This document shows, piece after piece, positions 28,065 through 37,596 of a stretch of DNA of 64,000 bases. Location: contig SVTD01000003.1 of the NCBI GenBank assembly GCA_015063955.1, forward strand, positions 3,952 to 67,951, given 5' to 3'. How positions within the stretch are numbered: the first letter of the stretch is position 1; every line of letters starts with the position of its first letter. Made by a program: the position numbers and the translations under genes. Under the pieces are notes generated by a model, which saw only the letters and a list, made by a program, of their open reading frames with translations, had not been told where the DNA came from and made no database searches. This stretch comes from Oscillospiraceae bacterium. GTDB lineage: Bacteria > Bacillota > Clostridia > Oscillospirales > CAG-272.

Positions 28065-29171
28065 ATGAAAAAGCTTGGATTCGGACTTATGAGACTTCCC
28101 CTCCTTGAGGACGGAAAAACTATTGATATTGAAAGAGTAAAGGCTATGGCGGACAGCTTTATGGAGGCAGGCTTTACTTATTTTGATACTGCCGCCCCCT
28201 ATCACGGCGGCGAAAGCGAGGTCGCCTTCAGAGAGGCGGTTGCAAAGCGCTATCCCCGCGATTCTTATATCCTTGCCGATAAGCTGAGCCTTTTTAAGAT
28301 CGGCTCCGCTGAAGATATCCCCCCTTTCTTTGATAATCAGCTCACCGCCCTCGGGGTCGATTACATCGATTATTATCTCGTTCACGCTCTCGGTGCCGAC
28401 CGCCACGAAACGGCAAAATCCTACGGGGTTTACGAGTTCGTTCAGGAAAAGAAGAAAGAGGGAAAGGTGCGTCACGTAGGCTTTTCCTTCCACGACTCCC
28501 CCGAGGTGCTTGACCGCATCCTTACGGAGCAGCCTGAAATGGAATTCGTTCAGCTCCAGATCAATTATCTTGACTGGCTTGACGAGGGAGTTCGGGCAAA
28601 GGACTGCTACGAGGTCGCAAGAAAGCACAAAAAGCCCGTCATCGTTATGGAGCCCGTCAAGGGCGGCGCCCTTGCAAGCGTCTCCCCCGATGCCGCTTCT
28701 CTTTTCAAAGGTGCCCGTCCCGACCTTTCCTGCGCAGGCTGGGCTATCAGCTACGCCGCAAGCCTTGAGGGTGTGTTTATGGTCCTTTCCGGTATGTCTA
28801 CAGAGGATCAGATGGCAGAGAATATCGGCTTTATGAAGGATTTCGTGCCCTTCTCTGCCGAGGAGCTTGCCCTTTCAGAAAGGGCGGCAGAGATCGTCAA
28901 GAACGATAACGCTATCCCCTGCACAGCCTGCCGCTACTGCACCGACGACTGCCCCCAAAAGATCGCGATACCCGATATTTTCAAAACCTATAACAATTTC
29001 CGCCGCTTCCAAAGCTCAAATCTCGACGGCGCAAAATGGCGCTATAATTCCGTAACCGAAAACGGTGGCAAAGCATCCGCCTGCATCGGATGCGGACTCT
29101 GCGAGTCCGTCTGCCCCCAGCACATCGATATAAGAGCCGCTCTTCAGTCAATCAGCGAAATATTTGAATAA
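28065..29171 (+). CDS. Aldo/keto reductase with C-terminal 4Fe-4S dicluster
   Basis: LGFGLMRLP, YFDTA, MEPVKGG, C..CRYC...CP and CIGCGLCESVCP motifs. Confidence 0.92.
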   Translation: MKKLGFGLMRLPLLEDGKTIDIERVKAMADSFMEAGFTYFDTAAPYHGGESEVAFREAVAKRYPRDSYILADKLSLFKIGSAEDIPPFFDNQLTALGVDYIDYYLVHALGADRHETAKSYGVYEFVQEKKKEGKVRHVGFSFHDSPEVLDRILTEQPEMEFVQLQINYLDWLDEGVRAKDCYEVARKHKKPVIVMEPVKGGALASVSPDAASLFKGARPDLSCAGWAISYAASLEGVFMVLSGMSTEDQMAENIGFMKDFVPFSAEELALSERAAEIVKNDNAIPCTACRYCTDDCPQKIAIPDIFKTYNNFRRFQSSNLDGAKWRYNSVTENGGKASACIGCGLCESVCPQHIDIRAALQSISEIFE

Positions 29172-29206
29172 CAAAAGGAATCCGCCTCGGCGGATTCCTT
29201 TTGTTA

Positions 29207-29522
29207 TTCAAATTCGGGTTTATCGGGGAGGAGGAACGGTCGCTTTTTTTGAAAAAAAGCTCCGCAAAAAACTTCAACAAAACAAAGATAGCGAAAAGGC
29301 AAAAACCAACGCTTTAGGATAAAAAACCGAAAATAAACTTGTTCATTTTCGGTTTTTTACCCTAAAGCGTGGCTGGCGCTGTAAGCGCCGCAGGGCTTTG
29401 CCCTGCAACTTTTGCCTTGTAAACTTCAGCTACACCAATAGTTCAAAGTTTTTTGAGAGTTCAGAGAACTTTTTTCCAAAAAAAGTTCTTTGCATCAACC
29501 CACCGATAAACCCGAATTTGAA
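29207..29522. mobile_element. MITE/REP-like non-autonomous element, copy 1
   Basis: Perfect 20-bp terminal inverted repeat TTCAAATTCGGGTTTATCGG, internal hairpins, no ORF; second copy at 57727-58060. Confidence 0.8.
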
Positions 29523-29611
29523 GATTGTGGCGGACTGTAATTTTTACTACTTGCACATATAGAAAAAATATGTTATTATAAAGGGTAAACTATAGAAAGG
29601 TAGGTGTTCGT

Positions 29612-30808
29612 ATGTACGGAGAGCTGCAGAAAAAGCTTGGCATCTATATCCACATTCCCTTTTGTCGCACAAAATGCGCTTACTGCGACTTTTATTCCTT
29701 CATTCCCAAGAGTGAGGGCATATACGAGCGCTATACCGACGCCGTCATTGCCCATATGGAGGCTTACCGCGAGGCGGCGCGCGACCGACTGCCCGATTCC
29801 GTCTACATCGGCGGCGGCACTCCCACCGCTATGCCCATAGAGCAGCTGCTGAGGATAGTCCGTGCGGTAAAGAAAAACTTCAAGCTTTCAAAGAATACTG
29901 AGTTCACCGTTGAGGTGAATCCCAAAACTGCAGACGCAAAGACCTTCCGCGCCCTTCGCCGTGCGGGAGTAAACCGAATAAGCATCGGTCTGCAGTCTGC
30001 TGATGCCGCAGAGCTGAAGGCACTCACCCGCACTCATTCGAGAGTGGATTTTGAGGAATGCTTCATGGATGCAAGGGCGGCGAAAATACAGAATATAAGC
30101 GTTGACCTTATGTTCGGCATCCCCAATCAGACTACTCAGACTCTGCTTTCATCCATAGACTACGTAACGAGGCTCCATCCCGACCATATCTCTCTGTACG
30201 ATCTCAAGATCGAGGAGGGCACCCCCCTTGCCCGCATTGCATCAAGGCTCGTCCTTCCCGATGAGGATACGGAGTTTGAGATGTATACAAACGCCATCAG
30301 AATGCTTGAAAAGCGTGGCTACAAGCAGTATGAGATATCGAATTTTGCCCGCCCCGGCAAGATGAGCCGCCATAATCTGAAATACTGGAACTGCGAGGAA
30401 TATCTGGGATTCGGCCCCGGAGCTTATTCCTATTTCAACTCCACCCGCTTCTCCTTTGTACGCAGCATTGAGGCGTATATAAAGGGAGTCGCCGACCCTC
30501 AGAGCCGCGTGAATCTCACGGTGGGACTTGAGGAGATCAGCGGCAGAGCACAGCTCGGAGAATATATAATGCTTGGACTCAGGCTTAACGAGGGGATCTC
30601 GATTTCCGAGGTTTCAAGACGCTACGGCGTGGATTTTGCCTCCCTTTACGGAAAAAAGGCAGATAAGTATATCAAATACGGCTATATGGTCTGCAAGGGT
30701 GACCGCGTATACCTGACGCCCTCGGGAATGTTTATATCGAACTACATACTTTCCGATCTTCTTTCCTTCGAGGATCTTGGAGCGCTTTCCCCTGCGGGAA
30801 GGTTTTAA
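29612..30808 (+). CDS. hemW: Radical SAM heme chaperone HemW (HemN-like)
   Basis: YIHIPFC.TKCAYCDF, GGGTP, YEISNF, HNLKYW, YLGFGPGA motifs. Confidence 0.92.
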   Translation: MYGELQKKLGIYIHIPFCRTKCAYCDFYSFIPKSEGIYERYTDAVIAHMEAYREAARDRLPDSVYIGGGTPTAMPIEQLLRIVRAVKKNFKLSKNTEFTVEVNPKTADAKTFRALRRAGVNRISIGLQSADAAELKALTRTHSRVDFEECFMDARAAKIQNISVDLMFGIPNQTTQTLLSSIDYVTRLHPDHISLYDLKIEEGTPLARIASRLVLPDEDTEFEMYTNAIRMLEKRGYKQYEISNFARPGKMSRHNLKYWNCEEYLGFGPGAYSYFNSTRFSFVRSIEAYIKGVADPQSRVNLTVGLEEISGRAQLGEYIMLGLRLNEGISISEVSRRYGVDFASLYGKKADKYIKYGYMVCKGDRVYLTPSGMFISNYILSDLLSFEDLGALSPAGRF

Positions 30809-30834
30809 AAAAGGACTGCCTGGGCAGTCCTTTT

Positions 30835-31149
30835 TTAAGTTAATGAAAATATAAGCTGTGTGACGTACGCTACGGCGCAGGAGGAAAGTGCTACAACGAT
30901 GAGCGATCGCTCAAAATACGCCAGAACAAAGGCGCACACCGTGCCTGCGGCGGCACCGACAAAGCTTCCCGTTGAGTAGAATATCCACGGGATAGTCATA
31001 GCACCCAGAACCGCGTAGGGAATATAATAGAAAAAGCTTTTTAGAAATGGGTTTTTTATCTTTTTTCTGAAAAGCGTGAAGGGCAACATCCTTATAAGAT
31101 ACGTCGTCAGCGCCATTACGAGGATATACAAAAGGAGCTTAACCGTCAT
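30835..31149 (-). CDS. azlD: AzlD-family branched-chain amino acid transporter subunit
   Basis: MALTTYLIRMLPF...YIPYAVL; overlaps azlC. Confidence 0.85.
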   Translation of the reverse strand: MTVKLLLYILVMALTTYLIRMLPFTLFRKKIKNPFLKSFFYYIPYAVLGAMTIPWIFYSTGSFVGAAAGTVCAFVLAYFERSLIVVALSSCAVAYVTQLIFSLT

Positions 31150-31864
31150 TCTCGCAGTCCTCCTTTACGGGAAAGATAAGAGCTGCCACAGCGGCGGCAA
31201 GAAGGGCGCAGATGATTATTGCAAAGCCCTGAGTAATAAATGAAAACCATTTCACGTATTTTATCAGGCAGCTTACGGCGGCGGCAAGGACTACCGCAAA
31301 AAGTATGCCGCAGTCCCGCTTTGCAGGAGGCACTATGATGGCTACGAACATTCCGTATATGGCAATTCCCAGTGCCGATGAAATATCGGCGGGAAGAAGG
31401 GAGCCTGCAACGGCGCCGAGAAGTGTTCCCGCCGCCCAGCCCAGGTAGGGCAAAAGCCCGAGGCCGTACATATACCGCGTATTGACCCCTCCCGTTTTTG
31501 AAGAGGAAACGGCGTATATCTCGTCAGTTATGAAAAACGCAACTGCCATTCTGTGCAGAGTTGAAAAGGTATCGTCAAGCTTTTGCGTGAGAGAAAGCCC
31601 CATGAGAGAATACCTGAGATTTATTATGAGCTGGGTCATTATCATCTCGATAATGGCGCCCGATGCGGCTATTACCGAAAGCCCCGCCACCTGACCGGCG
31701 GAGGTCAGATTCGTCATTGATATGAGAAGCGCCGGAAGGGTCTCAAGCCCCTTTGCCACGGCACTTATGCCGAATCCGAAGGATACGGAAAGATAGCCGA
31801 GGGCTATGGGAAGTCCGTCCCGAAGTCCGTTTCTGAATTTAAGCTTTGATGCGCGAATTTCCAT
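31139..31864 (-). CDS. azlC: AzlC-family branched-chain amino acid permease
   Basis: PIALGY, SAGQ, INLRY, FITDEIYA motifs. Confidence 0.9.
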   Translation of the reverse strand: MEIRASKLKFRNGLRDGLPIALGYLSVSFGFGISAVAKGLETLPALLISMTNLTSAGQVAGLSVIAASGAIIEMIMTQLIINLRYSLMGLSLTQKLDDTFSTLHRMAVAFFITDEIYAVSSSKTGGVNTRYMYGLGLLPYLGWAAGTLLGAVAGSLLPADISSALGIAIYGMFVAIIVPPAKRDCGILFAVVLAAAVSCLIKYVKWFSFITQGFAIIICALLAAAVAALIFPVKEDCENDG

Positions 31865-31879
31865 GATATTGCCGATTTT

Positions 31880-32926
31880 TTACTCCTTACCGAGGGTTGC
31901 GCGCCGCTTGCTTTCGATCCATCTGCGGCGCATTGCTATGCTGTTTTTCGTAAGGGACCACATTCCCATCATTACCGCGTACTGAACGCAAAGCTGGATC
32001 GCAACGAATACTGCCACGTCCACAAATCCTTCAAACTCCGTTACGAGGGTTGCGATAATGCACAGGGGAATGGGCAGAAGGAAATAGAAAAGGCGGGTCT
32101 TTTCACCTTTTTCGCATTCCTTTTCCTGCATATCCAAAAATTCCTCCCATGTCAGAGATGCTTTTCCCTTTTTGGCTCTTTTGCGGTTCTTTGACTCGAA
32201 TATCCTCTCCATCTCATTTGCAAAGGCCGCATCCGTTTCGTTTGTCATCACGTCTGACATTTTTATGCTTTTGCGTCCGTCTTCTTTTTTTCTTTTGTGA
32301 TTCAGGATAAAGTACAAAACAAGGAAGGCCAGGCATACGGCGCCGACGATCCAGAGAGGAACCGATACTTCACTAAAGGGACTGAAAAATATTATCAAAA
32401 GACATATCCCAAGGGATACGGCCGCCGCAGCGTACCACACTGCCCGGAATGCCGAAAGGCTCAGCCTTTTTCTTTTGAACATCATAGCCCTCACCGCCAT
32501 TCCGCAAGCCTCGCTGATCGCAACGGATATAAGGATCGCAAGAAACAGTCCGCCGTAATCGTATTCTCCCGTGGCGGTAAAGAAGCTTACCTTTGAATAG
32601 TCGGCAAACAGAAGATCAAGGATAACGAATATAAGCTCGATTATGAAAAACACCTTCAGCGAATCGAGAAATCTGAGTATCTTATTCCTGATGCCCATAT
32701 CAGAGCAGAAGGTGCGGGAAAACTCCTCAACGCTTCTGCCCACTATCTTTTCAGCAGGCTTGCCCTCCTCCTGAGCCGTGAGAAAGACCTCAACAAGCTG
32801 CAATAGCCTTTCCTCCTTTGAAGGCTCGTCGATGTAAAGGGAATTTACGTAAAGCTCCACCTCTGAAAAAACGGAAATGTAGCTGCCCTTTAATTTATCT
32901 TTATAAAACAAATAGCTGTCCTTCAT
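31880..32926 (-). CDS. PadR-associated membrane protein (DUF1048/DUF1129-like N-terminus)
   Basis: AQEEGKPAEKIVG..VEEF pattern then several TM helices; overlaps padR. Confidence 0.65.
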   Translation of the reverse strand: MKDSYLFYKDKLKGSYISVFSEVELYVNSLYIDEPSKEERLLQLVEVFLTAQEEGKPAEKIVGRSVEEFSRTFCSDMGIRNKILRFLDSLKVFFIIELIFVILDLLFADYSKVSFFTATGEYDYGGLFLAILISVAISEACGMAVRAMMFKRKRLSLSAFRAVWYAAAAVSLGICLLIIFFSPFSEVSVPLWIVGAVCLAFLVLYFILNHKRKKEDGRKSIKMSDVMTNETDAAFANEMERIFESKNRKRAKKGKASLTWEEFLDMQEKECEKGEKTRLFYFLLPIPLCIIATLVTEFEGFVDVAVFVAIQLCVQYAVMMGMWSLTKNSIAMRRRWIESKRRATLGKE

Positions 32927-33252
32927 TTTTCTTCCTCCGTTGTCAATACCTTTTCACAAGCTCCCGTGATTCTGTTATAGCTCTCCCTGAAAGAAAGAAG
33001 CGCCTCCCTGCCCTCGCCCGTAACGGAATAATATTTTCTTACGGGGCCGAAGGGTGATTTTTCACGGCGGCAGGAAATATAACCCCGCTTTTCAAGTCGG
33101 GTAAGAACGGGATAGAGAGTACCCTCGAAAAGATCCTCGAAGCCGCTCCTCTGAAGCTCGTCAAGTATAAGATAGCCGTAGGTCTCGCCCCTTGCAATGA
33201 CCGAGAGAACACAGCCCTCAAGTATTCCTCTCAAAAGCTGAGAATCATCCAT
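32923..33252 (-). CDS. PadR-family transcriptional regulator
   Basis: QLLRGILEGCVL, YGY, EGTLYPVLTRLE, RKYYSVT motifs. Confidence 0.92.
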   Translation of the reverse strand: MDDSQLLRGILEGCVLSVIARGETYGYLILDELQRSGFEDLFEGTLYPVLTRLEKRGYISCRREKSPFGPVRKYYSVTGEGREALLSFRESYNRITGACEKVLTTEEEK

Positions 33253-33269
33253 TTCTTCATCCCCTTCCG

Positions 33270-33335
33270 AGCTACTATACGTCACATAGTAGCTGCGGAT
33301 ATTATATCACAGCTACTTTGCATTGTCAAGTAGCT
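33270..33335 (-). promoter_or_regulatory. padR promoter with two dyad operators
   Basis: Minus-strand TTGACA-17-TATAAT (33301-33329); AGCTACT-N11-AGTAGCT at 33270-33294 and 33311-33335. Confidence 0.75.
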
Positions 33336-33483
33336 GTGATTTTTTATTGAACAAGCTTGCTTTTTTCATTTTATTTCATTAAATTATATAATAATATACA
33401 ATAATTCCTCAAATCCTTGAAATCAGAAAAGGTTTGTAGTATAATACACTATGTATAGTTGTGCATAGAAAGGAGGAACGAGC

Positions 33484-35256
33484 TTGAAAAACGCAGACAA
33501 AAAAACGGCTCCACTGAAGTTTATATCGGACAGGCTTTTCAGCCTTGATACAGCATTTTGCCGTCTTTACGATAACAGCCTTTTCTCCCACCTTGCGTCT
33601 AAGGTGCGCCACGGCTTTCTAACTCTTTATACGAGAGTGATCGGCGTGTTCTTCTTCACCTTCGGAATATACGCGTTTCTCATCGCTATGCTCACGAATC
33701 TGTTTTCAGACGCCGTTGCACATTCCTCCTCCCTTTACGGAGGCGCCGCTCTCGCAGTTGCCTCGATCCCCCTGCTCTTTTCAAAGGGCAACGTTTCAAC
33801 CGTCCTTACTGACAGCAATTTCGGCGCAGTTATCTGCGAGTATCTTGATATAAGGCAGGAGACCCTCACTACCCACAGCTTTTCAGGACATCTCAACATA
33901 GCCTTTATTCTGGGAGTTGCGGCAGGAGGAGCCACCGTGATCTTCCCCCTCTCCTCCATAGTGTCGGCGATGGTCCTCGTCACGGTATTCTGCATAATTA
34001 TGGCGCGTCCCGAGGCGGGCATCACCTTTATGACCGTTCTCATCTTCGTCTCTGATATGGGACTGTTGTACACGGTGCTCGGCGTTACCGCCATATCATA
34101 CGCCTTCAAGCTTATCCGCAGAAAAAGAAAGCTCTGCCTGAAAAGAACGGACACGATCCTTGCGATCTTTGCCGTTTCTGTATTTTTCGGCGTGTTTATT
34201 ACGGAGGGCGAGGCTGTCAGCCTTTCCTCTCTCAAATATTTTCTGCTTCTCTTTGCATATTTTCTTACGGTAAGTCTTATGCGCGACCGCAAAAAGCTGC
34301 TCCGCGTTCTCTATACCGCAATTATGGCGGCAGGTATCCTCGGCTCACTTTATATCCTCGCAAGGGCATTCGCCTCCCTGCTTCCCGCAGGAATCTTTGC
34401 CCGTCCCGATCTGCTTTACGGCTACGTTCTTTCCCTCCCCATCTTTTCCGGAGGACTTGCCCCTCTTGCTTTTGCGGCACTGATACCTGTTTGTACATCA
34501 TTCATCATCAAGGCGCGCTCGGACGGATACCGCTTCACCTCCTGCCTCTGCCTTATCGCAATGGTAGGCTACCTTATCCTTTCCGGTGAGCTTGCATATG
34601 CCCTTGCGGCGGCTGTCGCAACGGCACTCTTCCTTTTCGTAACGGGCTCGAGAGGCGTTTACCTTACCATCAGCGCTCTTTTGGCGGGATCTGTAGTGCT
34701 TGCCTTTTCCGGCTCCTTCGGAGACAGGCTTTACAGATACGTTTTCAGCCGCCTTTCCGATGCCTTCAACCAGGCGAGGGACCTTTCCTATATTTCACAG
34801 AACGCATTTTCTGCTGAATACGCCGTCTGCGGACACGGCTTTTCCGGCTTTGCCGATCAGGGCTCCAACTCTTATTTCACCCTGATCTCACAGCTCGGCA
34901 TTACGGGCTTCGTTATTCTCTGCTTCTTCGTTGCTTTGATTCTTGCACAGGCGGCGTCTCTTATTATAAAGACCTACCGCTCAAGCGAATGCGAGGAGGC
35001 AATGAACCGCTTCTCCTCCCTCGGCTCCCCCGCAGAGGCGAGGGCATGCGCTCTTTCCGTTTCATGCTCGGTTATCGTTTGCATGATCTGTGCAACCTTC
35101 TTTAATTTCTTTTCAAATCCCACAGCGTATCTTCTCTTCTTTATGCTTTGCGGCTTCTGTGCGGCGTACGCAAGAAGCGCAAAAAGCGAGATAAGCTCCG
35201 CCGCAGGCTCTCTCGCCTGCCATCAGTCGGAGGACCGCTGTCAGACAAGGCTTTAA
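33484..35256 (+). CDS. Polytopic membrane protein, O-antigen ligase/polymerase-like (divergent)
   Basis: Many TM helices; C-terminal G.GF...NSYFTLISQLGITG resembles the Wzy_C region; first gene of a cell-wall glycan cluster. Confidence 0.55.
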   Translation: MKNADKKTAPLKFISDRLFSLDTAFCRLYDNSLFSHLASKVRHGFLTLYTRVIGVFFFTFGIYAFLIAMLTNLFSDAVAHSSSLYGGAALAVASIPLLFSKGNVSTVLTDSNFGAVICEYLDIRQETLTTHSFSGHLNIAFILGVAAGGATVIFPLSSIVSAMVLVTVFCIIMARPEAGITFMTVLIFVSDMGLLYTVLGVTAISYAFKLIRRKRKLCLKRTDTILAIFAVSVFFGVFITEGEAVSLSSLKYFLLLFAYFLTVSLMRDRKKLLRVLYTAIMAAGILGSLYILARAFASLLPAGIFARPDLLYGYVLSLPIFSGGLAPLAFAALIPVCTSFIIKARSDGYRFTSCLCLIAMVGYLILSGELAYALAAAVATALFLFVTGSRGVYLTISALLAGSVVLAFSGSFGDRLYRYVFSRLSDAFNQARDLSYISQNAFSAEYAVCGHGFSGFADQGSNSYFTLISQLGITGFVILCFFVALILAQAASLIIKTYRSSECEEAMNRFSSLGSPAEARACALSVSCSVIVCMICATFFNFFSNPTAYLLFFMLCGFCAAYARSAKSEISSAAGSLACHQSEDRCQTRL

Positions 35257-35282
35257 GGCCGCCGAAAAAGGAGTGATCCGTT

Positions 35283-35756
35283 TTGAATACGAAAAACAAA
35301 AAAAGAATAAACGCCGTTGACATAATCATTCTTCTGGCAATGCTTGGCGCCATTATCTGCGCAGGATTCGTCATTATCAGAGGCCTCGGCACCTTCGGAG
35401 AAAAGGTCACCGTCAGCTACACAGTGGCTATCGACCCTATAGACAGCGATTTTGTTTCCAAGGTCGCTGAGGGAGACGGCCTTTATGAGTACCGTACTGC
35501 CGAGCATATCGGCACGGTAAGAGCCGTTTCCGATGCTCAGGCATACCGCAAATCCTACCGCGACGGCGCAGACCCCAGAGGAAGCGCCATTGAAGGAATG
35601 AGCGTGCTCTACGTTACTCTCACGGCAGAGGCAACGAAGACTGACACGGGCTACGCCGTAGGCAACACCGTTCTCGGCATCGGCCGCCAATTAGAAATGA
35701 GATTCCCGAATCTTTACTGCATCGGAGAGTGCGTAAGGATCGAAGTAATCGAATAA
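35283..35756 (+). CDS. DUF4330-like membrane-anchored protein
   Basis: RINAVDIIILL N-terminus followed by a beta-rich domain. Confidence 0.65.
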   Translation: MNTKNKKRINAVDIIILLAMLGAIICAGFVIIRGLGTFGEKVTVSYTVAIDPIDSDFVSKVAEGDGLYEYRTAEHIGTVRAVSDAQAYRKSYRDGADPRGSAIEGMSVLYVTLTAEATKTDTGYAVGNTVLGIGRQLEMRFPNLYCIGECVRIEVIE

Positions 35757-35806
35757 AAAACGCTTGACTTGCGAAATAGTGTAAAAAGAAAGGATCGGTC
35801 ACAGCT

Positions 35807-37051
35807 ATGGAAATCACCTCTCTCGTAACCGCTGAATTAACCTCGATCATAACCTCCCTTATCATCGCGATAGTTGCAGTAGCCTGCGCGGCTCTCGTTT
35901 CTTACACGACCACTCCCCCCGTAAGACTTCTTGCATTCCGTATCGGCGCCATCGACATCCCCACTGACGCAAGACGTATGCACAAAAAGCCTATGCCCCG
36001 TATCGGCGGACTTGCGATCTTTGCAGGCTTTCTCGTTGCTACCCTCGTTTTCTGCGAGCCCTCCTCACAGCTTTTCGCTATATGGATCGGCGGCGGCATC
36101 CTCGTTGTTCTCGGTATCCTTGACGATATCTTCCGCCTCCCCGCCCTTATAAAGCTGATAGTACAGCTCTGCGTTGCAGGTATTGCAGTTTCATTCGGAA
36201 TACTTATCGAGCATATCACCCTTTTCGGTGCACATATCGAGTTTGGCTATTTCGCGATCCCCATTACCATGCTCTGGATCGTAGGTCTTTCCAACGCCAT
36301 CAACCTTATTGACGGACTTGACGGTCTTTCCTGCGGAGTAAGCGCCATCACCTCCATCTCTATCTTTATGGTAATGCTTATCACAGGAGATTACACAGCG
36401 GCTCTCATCACGGCGATCCTCACAGGCTCCTGCCTCGGATTCCTCCCCTACAATAAGAACCCCGCTAAGATCTTTATGGGAGATACGGGCGCTCTGTTCC
36501 TCGGATATACTCTTTCCATCATCTCCGTACAGGGACTTTTCAAGCTCCATACGATGCTTTCATTCCTTGTACCCGTTTCCATTTTTGCACTTCCCATTTT
36601 CGATACTCTTATTGCAATCATCCGCCGTCTGCTCCACGGACAGAGCCCCTTTCATCCCGACCGCGGACACTTCCATCATAAGCTGGTGGATATGGGCTTC
36701 TCCCACAAGGAGGCAGTTAAGATCCTTTACGCTATAAGCGGACTTATGGGTCTCGTTGCGGCAACCTATACCGAGGCTATGTTCCAGGAATCCTCTACGA
36801 GAATCTGGAAGACCGTTATCCTCCTCGTTGCGGCAGTCATCATTCTCGTGCTTATCTTTATCTGTATGAAGAAGCCCAGCACAAGAATCCTTTCCGGCCT
36901 TGCAGAGCACGTCAGCGAGATCAGGCTGGAGGCTGAAAAGCAGGAGCGCGAGGCAAAGGAAAAGGCCGAGGCTGAGGCTGAGGCTCACGAAAAGGCTGCC
37001 CTCGTTGAAAAAAAGCGTCAAAAAAAAGAAAACAAAAAAGCTGATAAATAA
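35807..37051 (+). CDS. tagO: Undecaprenyl-phosphate GlcNAc-1-phosphate transferase (TagO/WecA, GT4/MraY family)
   Basis: RRMHKKPMPRIGG, GILDD, NAINLIDGLDGL, PAKIFMGDTG, DRGHFHH motifs. Confidence 0.9.
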   Translation: MEITSLVTAELTSIITSLIIAIVAVACAALVSYTTTPPVRLLAFRIGAIDIPTDARRMHKKPMPRIGGLAIFAGFLVATLVFCEPSSQLFAIWIGGGILVVLGILDDIFRLPALIKLIVQLCVAGIAVSFGILIEHITLFGAHIEFGYFAIPITMLWIVGLSNAINLIDGLDGLSCGVSAITSISIFMVMLITGDYTAALITAILTGSCLGFLPYNKNPAKIFMGDTGALFLGYTLSIISVQGLFKLHTMLSFLVPVSIFALPIFDTLIAIIRRLLHGQSPFHPDRGHFHHKLVDMGFSHKEAVKILYAISGLMGLVAATYTEAMFQESSTRIWKTVILLVAAVIILVLIFICMKKPSTRILSGLAEHVSEIRLEAEKQEREAKEKAEAEAEAHEKAALVEKKRQKKENKKADK

Positions 37052-37065
37052 CGGTTTGAATAAAT

Positions 37066-37563
37066 ATGAATAAAAAAGAAGAAATTAAATCTAAGAAAAA
37101 GATCGCCGCGGTTGACGTGATGATCGCGATCCTTCTGATACTTTGTGTGGCAGGCATCGTTATTCGCGTAGCTGTGGGAGACAGCGGGATTTTCGCCTCC
37201 GGCAAGGGAGAGTATATCGTTTCCTACGTGGTGCGCGGAGAGGACGATGAATACAGTCCCTACTTTGCCGAGGGACGAGAGTTCTTCCTTGAAAGCGGAG
37301 AGAAGTTCGGCACTCTTATTGCAGACGCAGAGCTCCCCCCTGCTGAGATCTACGAGGAAAACCCCAACGGAGATCTTGAGCTTTATTACGCTCAGGACGG
37401 TACCGTGGATTTTAAGGGTACGCTCCTCGTTAAGGGAACCATGACGGATTCCGGCTTTCTCCTTAACTCAAACACCTATATCGCCCCCAATATGACCGTT
37501 ACCGTATCAAGCTCCGATATAACCGTAGAGCTTCTTATAACCGACATCACAAAGGCTCAGTGA
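37066..37563 (+). CDS. DUF4330-like membrane-anchored protein (paralog of 35283-35756)
   Basis: KIAAVDVMIAILL N-terminus and similar architecture. Confidence 0.6.
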   Translation: MNKKEEIKSKKKIAAVDVMIAILLILCVAGIVIRVAVGDSGIFASGKGEYIVSYVVRGEDDEYSPYFAEGREFFLESGEKFGTLIADAELPPAEIYEENPNGDLELYYAQDGTVDFKGTLLVKGTMTDSGFLLNSNTYIAPNMTVTVSSSDITVELLITDITKAQ

Positions 37564-37596
37564 TCCTCCTGAGCACAAAGAAAGGTTGGTATTTTA

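Noticed and set aside
29612-30808. Second radical SAM as a peptide maturase or true HemN
   Set aside because: Motifs (YIHIPFC, HNLKYW) fit housekeeping HemW; no SPASM domain or precursor
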